Shown here piece after piece: positions 34,148 through 36,371 of a stretch of DNA of 36,371 nt (its first letter is position 1; each line of letters starts with the position of its first letter). A program made the translations under genes and the position numbers. The stretch lies in NCBI GenBank assembly GCA_964595755.1, contig CAZQQZ010000003.1, forward strand, positions 1 to 36,371. Direction: 5' to 3'. Origin of the DNA: an uncultured Candidatus Saccharibacteria bacterium. Lineage in GTDB: Bacteria; Patescibacteriota; WWE3; CAZQQZ01. The notes beneath the pieces were generated by a model, which was given only the letters and a program-made list of their open reading frames with translations, did no database searches and was not told the DNA's origin.

Positions 34148-35108
34148 CATAAACAACCCCACGGGTAGTGCCTAGCTTTCTAATTAAACTCGCTTTTTGA
34201 AGTGCTGAGAGATCATTATGGAGAGTGCTTTTTGGAACATTCAAAAATCTGCGGTAGATTTCATCAAAAGTGACTGACCTGTGATCTTTAATTAGTTCGA
34301 AGATTTCCTTCCGCCTAGGGAGAAGCCCGATTGAAGGCGAAATCTCCACTTTTTGAAGATCCTCCACCGCTTTTTGGGATTGAGTGGTAATTCCTTCCAA
34401 AAAAAACTCTACAAAATTCGTGATATCTCGTCCTTCATTACTTAGTAAATCGTAATAAGTTTCTCGATGTTCCCCCACATATTTTTCCAAAGAAACTAAA
34501 CCACGAAAGCCAAATCCTCCGCGATCTAAGATAAAAGAAGATAGTAAGCGTCCTACTCTCCCATTGCCGTCTTGAAAAGGATGAATTTTCTCAAAAGCAA
34601 AATGAAAAATGGCCGCTTTGATAGGTGTCGCCTCTTTTGAATTTCCGATGAAAAGAATCAAATCATTAAGCCTCTTTAACGCAACTAACGGAGGTGGGGC
34701 AAAATGTAGGACATTTCCAAATTGGTCAAAAACGGCCTCGCTCTCACTTCTAAATTTTCCCGCGAAAATCGATAGGTTCGCCATTACTATTTTGTGCAAG
34801 CGAAGAACTAAGATTTTGGAAATTATCTTTGGGGATCGACTCGATCTGACATAAATAAGAGCTTTAATGATATTTCTTATCTCCAAGCGAGCGCGACCTT
34901 TGCCGTTTCCTTCAATAGAAACCCCTTTAATAGTCAGGGGATTGCCCTCGATCCTTGCGGAATAAACCGCGCTCCCAAGTAAAGATTGCCGTCGCAGATT
35001 TTCCTCAATAGCCGCCACTTTGGGCAATCTTTCAATCAAGGCCTGAAGTATCGCGATTTCCTGCAAGAGTTTTTTAATTTTTTCCGTTTGTTTGTATGTA
35101 TATTCCAT
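34137..35108 (-). CDS. Fic-family protein with an N-terminal inhibitory helix and a C-terminal winged HTH
   Basis: HPFQDGNGRVGR catalytic motif, SARIEGN inhibitory motif and DeoR-like wHTH tail. Confidence 0.93.
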   Translation of the reverse strand: MEYTYKQTEKIKKLLQEIAILQALIERLPKVAAIEENLRRQSLLGSAVYSARIEGNPLTIKGVSIEGNGKGRARLEIRNIIKALIYVRSSRSPKIISKILVLRLHKIVMANLSIFAGKFRSESEAVFDQFGNVLHFAPPPLVALKRLNDLILFIGNSKEATPIKAAIFHFAFEKIHPFQDGNGRVGRLLSSFILDRGGFGFRGLVSLEKYVGEHRETYYDLLSNEGRDITNFVEFFLEGITTQSQKAVEDLQKVEISPSIGLLPRRKEIFELIKDHRSVTFDEIYRRFLNVPKSTLHNDLSALQKASLIRKLGTTRGVVYEIT

Positions 35109-35110
35109 TG

Positions 35111-35150
35111 TGGAAAGATATTAGAATATATTGGAAGATATTGGAAGATA
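35111..35150. repeat. Four 10 bp tandem repeats directly upstream of the Fic start
   Basis: tggaaagata/ttagaatata/ttggaagata/ttggaagata. Confidence 0.75.
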
Positions 35151-35176
35151 CTATAATAATATAGTAGAAAAATAAC

Positions 35177-35248
35177 CAATCCCGTAAACTGGATTACGGG
35201 ATTGATTTTTATTTACCAAAAAAGATTACTTATTCGATTACGTAATCC
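35177..35248 (+). repeat. Composite palindromic site, copy 3 (A 35177-35204, B 35223-35248)
   Basis: Perfect arms CAATCCCGTAA-ACTGGA-TTACGGGATTG, 18 bp linker, AGATTACTTATTCGATTACGTAATCC. Confidence 0.92.
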
Positions 35249-35359
35249 CAAATTACCTTCAAGTGCGCCTTTGAAGTGAATCCAAGCCATTTCCCACCCG
35301 ACAAATGCATTATACCCCCGCTGTTGACACAAGCAACCACATGGCGTATCAGTGAGTTA

Positions 35360-36217
35360 ATGCGCAAATCACTTAAATGGCTACTATTTTCGTCGCTCGT
35401 TATCCTTATTGCTACAACCATAGCCAATAAACCAGTAGATAAAAAACCGGAACCTGACAAAGACACACCGACGATAGTCCAAAAACCAAACGGGCCCGCC
35501 CCGAAAATAAAAGGAATTAACAAAAAAGTAGACCTCGACGAAAGCGAACCTCAAAAACAAGAGGCCGTGGAGATAGATACGACGACTAACTTAGAAATAA
35601 ACCAAGAAAGTACGTTTCTAGTCACCAAGGTTATTGACGGAGACACGATCAGTCTAAGCAATGGAGAAGTAGTTAGGTACATTGGAATAGACACTCCAGA
35701 AACAAAACATCCGAGCTTGCCAGTACAATGTTTTGGAGCGGAGGCGTCTAATAAAAATAAGAAATTGGTTGAGGGTAAAGCGGTGCGACTAGAAAAAGAC
35801 GTATCCGAGACCGATAAATACGGAAGGCTCCTTCGGTATGTTTGGATAGGCGACGTTTTTGTGAACGAGTATCTAGTCCAGCAAGGCTTCGCTCAAGTTT
35901 CTACTTATCCTCCGGATGTAAAATACAAAGACATATTTCTGCAAGCTCAAAAAGAAGCGCGGGAGGGCAACCTGGGTCTTTGGGGGACCTGCGGTGACTT
36001 TGGCACGCCCGTTACTCCCAAACCGGCGAAAACTTCAGTGCAAACACCCCTACCAATATCTGGCGAGTGGAATTGCTCCGGCAATACCTACAATTGCACT
36101 GATTTCTCTACTCACACGCAAGCACAATCGGCATTTGAATCGTGCGGAGGGGTAGGGAACGACATTCACCGTTTAGACGCAGATAAGGACGGGTTGGCTT
36201 GCGAAAACCTGCCTTAA
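35360..36217 (+). CDS. Thermonuclease (SNase) with a C-terminal Excalibur Ca-binding domain
   Basis: VIDGDT, VRYIGIDTPE, DKYGRLLRYV; YNCTDF...HRLDADKDGLACE; N-terminal anchor. Confidence 0.92.
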   Translation: MRKSLKWLLFSSLVILIATTIANKPVDKKPEPDKDTPTIVQKPNGPAPKIKGINKKVDLDESEPQKQEAVEIDTTTNLEINQESTFLVTKVIDGDTISLSNGEVVRYIGIDTPETKHPSLPVQCFGAEASNKNKKLVEGKAVRLEKDVSETDKYGRLLRYVWIGDVFVNEYLVQQGFAQVSTYPPDVKYKDIFLQAQKEAREGNLGLWGTCGDFGTPVTPKPAKTSVQTPLPISGEWNCSGNTYNCTDFSTHTQAQSAFESCGGVGNDIHRLDADKDGLACENLP

Positions 36218-36272
36218 GATATTCGCATAAAAACCGCAAGGGCGGAACTTGATAGGTTGCTACCAGTCAAAT

Positions 36273-36300
36273 TAATCTCGTAAACTGGATTACTGGATTA
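36273..36300 (+). repeat. Composite site, copy 4 (subsite A only)
   Basis: TAATCTCGTAA-ACTGGA-TTACTGGATTA; shares CGTAAACTGGATTAC with copy 3. Confidence 0.8.
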
Positions 36301-36371
36301 AGCAATTGTAAGATTATCTCCTTTTTGACCTTTTATACCGTATCTAAGCCATTCTGCACCCGACGGGTGTA

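Noticed and set aside
35230-35523. Minus-strand ORFs ending in YVIE* (also 22276-22470)
   Set aside because: The shared ending comes from translating subsite B. Both ORFs are shadow or out-of-frame overlaps of real genes.
36219-36247. ATATTCGCATAA resembling a canonical XerC arm of dif
   Set aside because: No TTA-starting XerD-like arm follows after 6 bp.
22208-36300. Composite repeats as a CRISPR array or classical integron attC sites
   Set aside because: Spacing is gene-sized or larger and no cas genes are present. The RYYYAAC...GTTRRRY order of attC is absent (copy 1 has GTT first and AAC last), and there is no intI in the window.

Overview
This window looks like chromosomal DNA from a CPR/Patescibacteria bacterium (Microgenomates or WWE3-like). 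That assignment is inferred from gene families and gene style, not from a search. It contains housekeeping genes (gltX; rpsO-pnp-UDG-rnj-ftsK-RodZ-like), tRNA-Asn and tRNA-Gln, and an approximately 17 kb accessory block of surface, secreted and stress genes. Two signals are not explained by the ORF track. (1) A dispersed, directly oriented composite repeat occurs at 22223, 34078, 35177 and partially at 36273. It consists of an 11-6-11 bp dif-like palindrome, a 16-18 bp AT-rich linker and a second 26 bp imperfect palindrome. The copies bracket single-gene modules (Fic toxin; thermonuclease-Excalibur) and are mosaics of each other, which suggests a site-specific gene-cassette system whose recombinase is not in the window. 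(2) Both tRNA genes have the same upstream layout: a promoter, a dead copy of the tRNA 5' end interrupted at GG^TAG by a GC-rich palindromic insert, then a GIY-YIG gene (intact at Gln, C-terminal remnant at Asn) that reads into the intact tRNA. Other observations include a doubly frameshifted ~1160 aa surface-protein gene, an unannotated 39 aa Cys-rich protein, and several operator and leader structures. All product calls come from motif recognition by eye.
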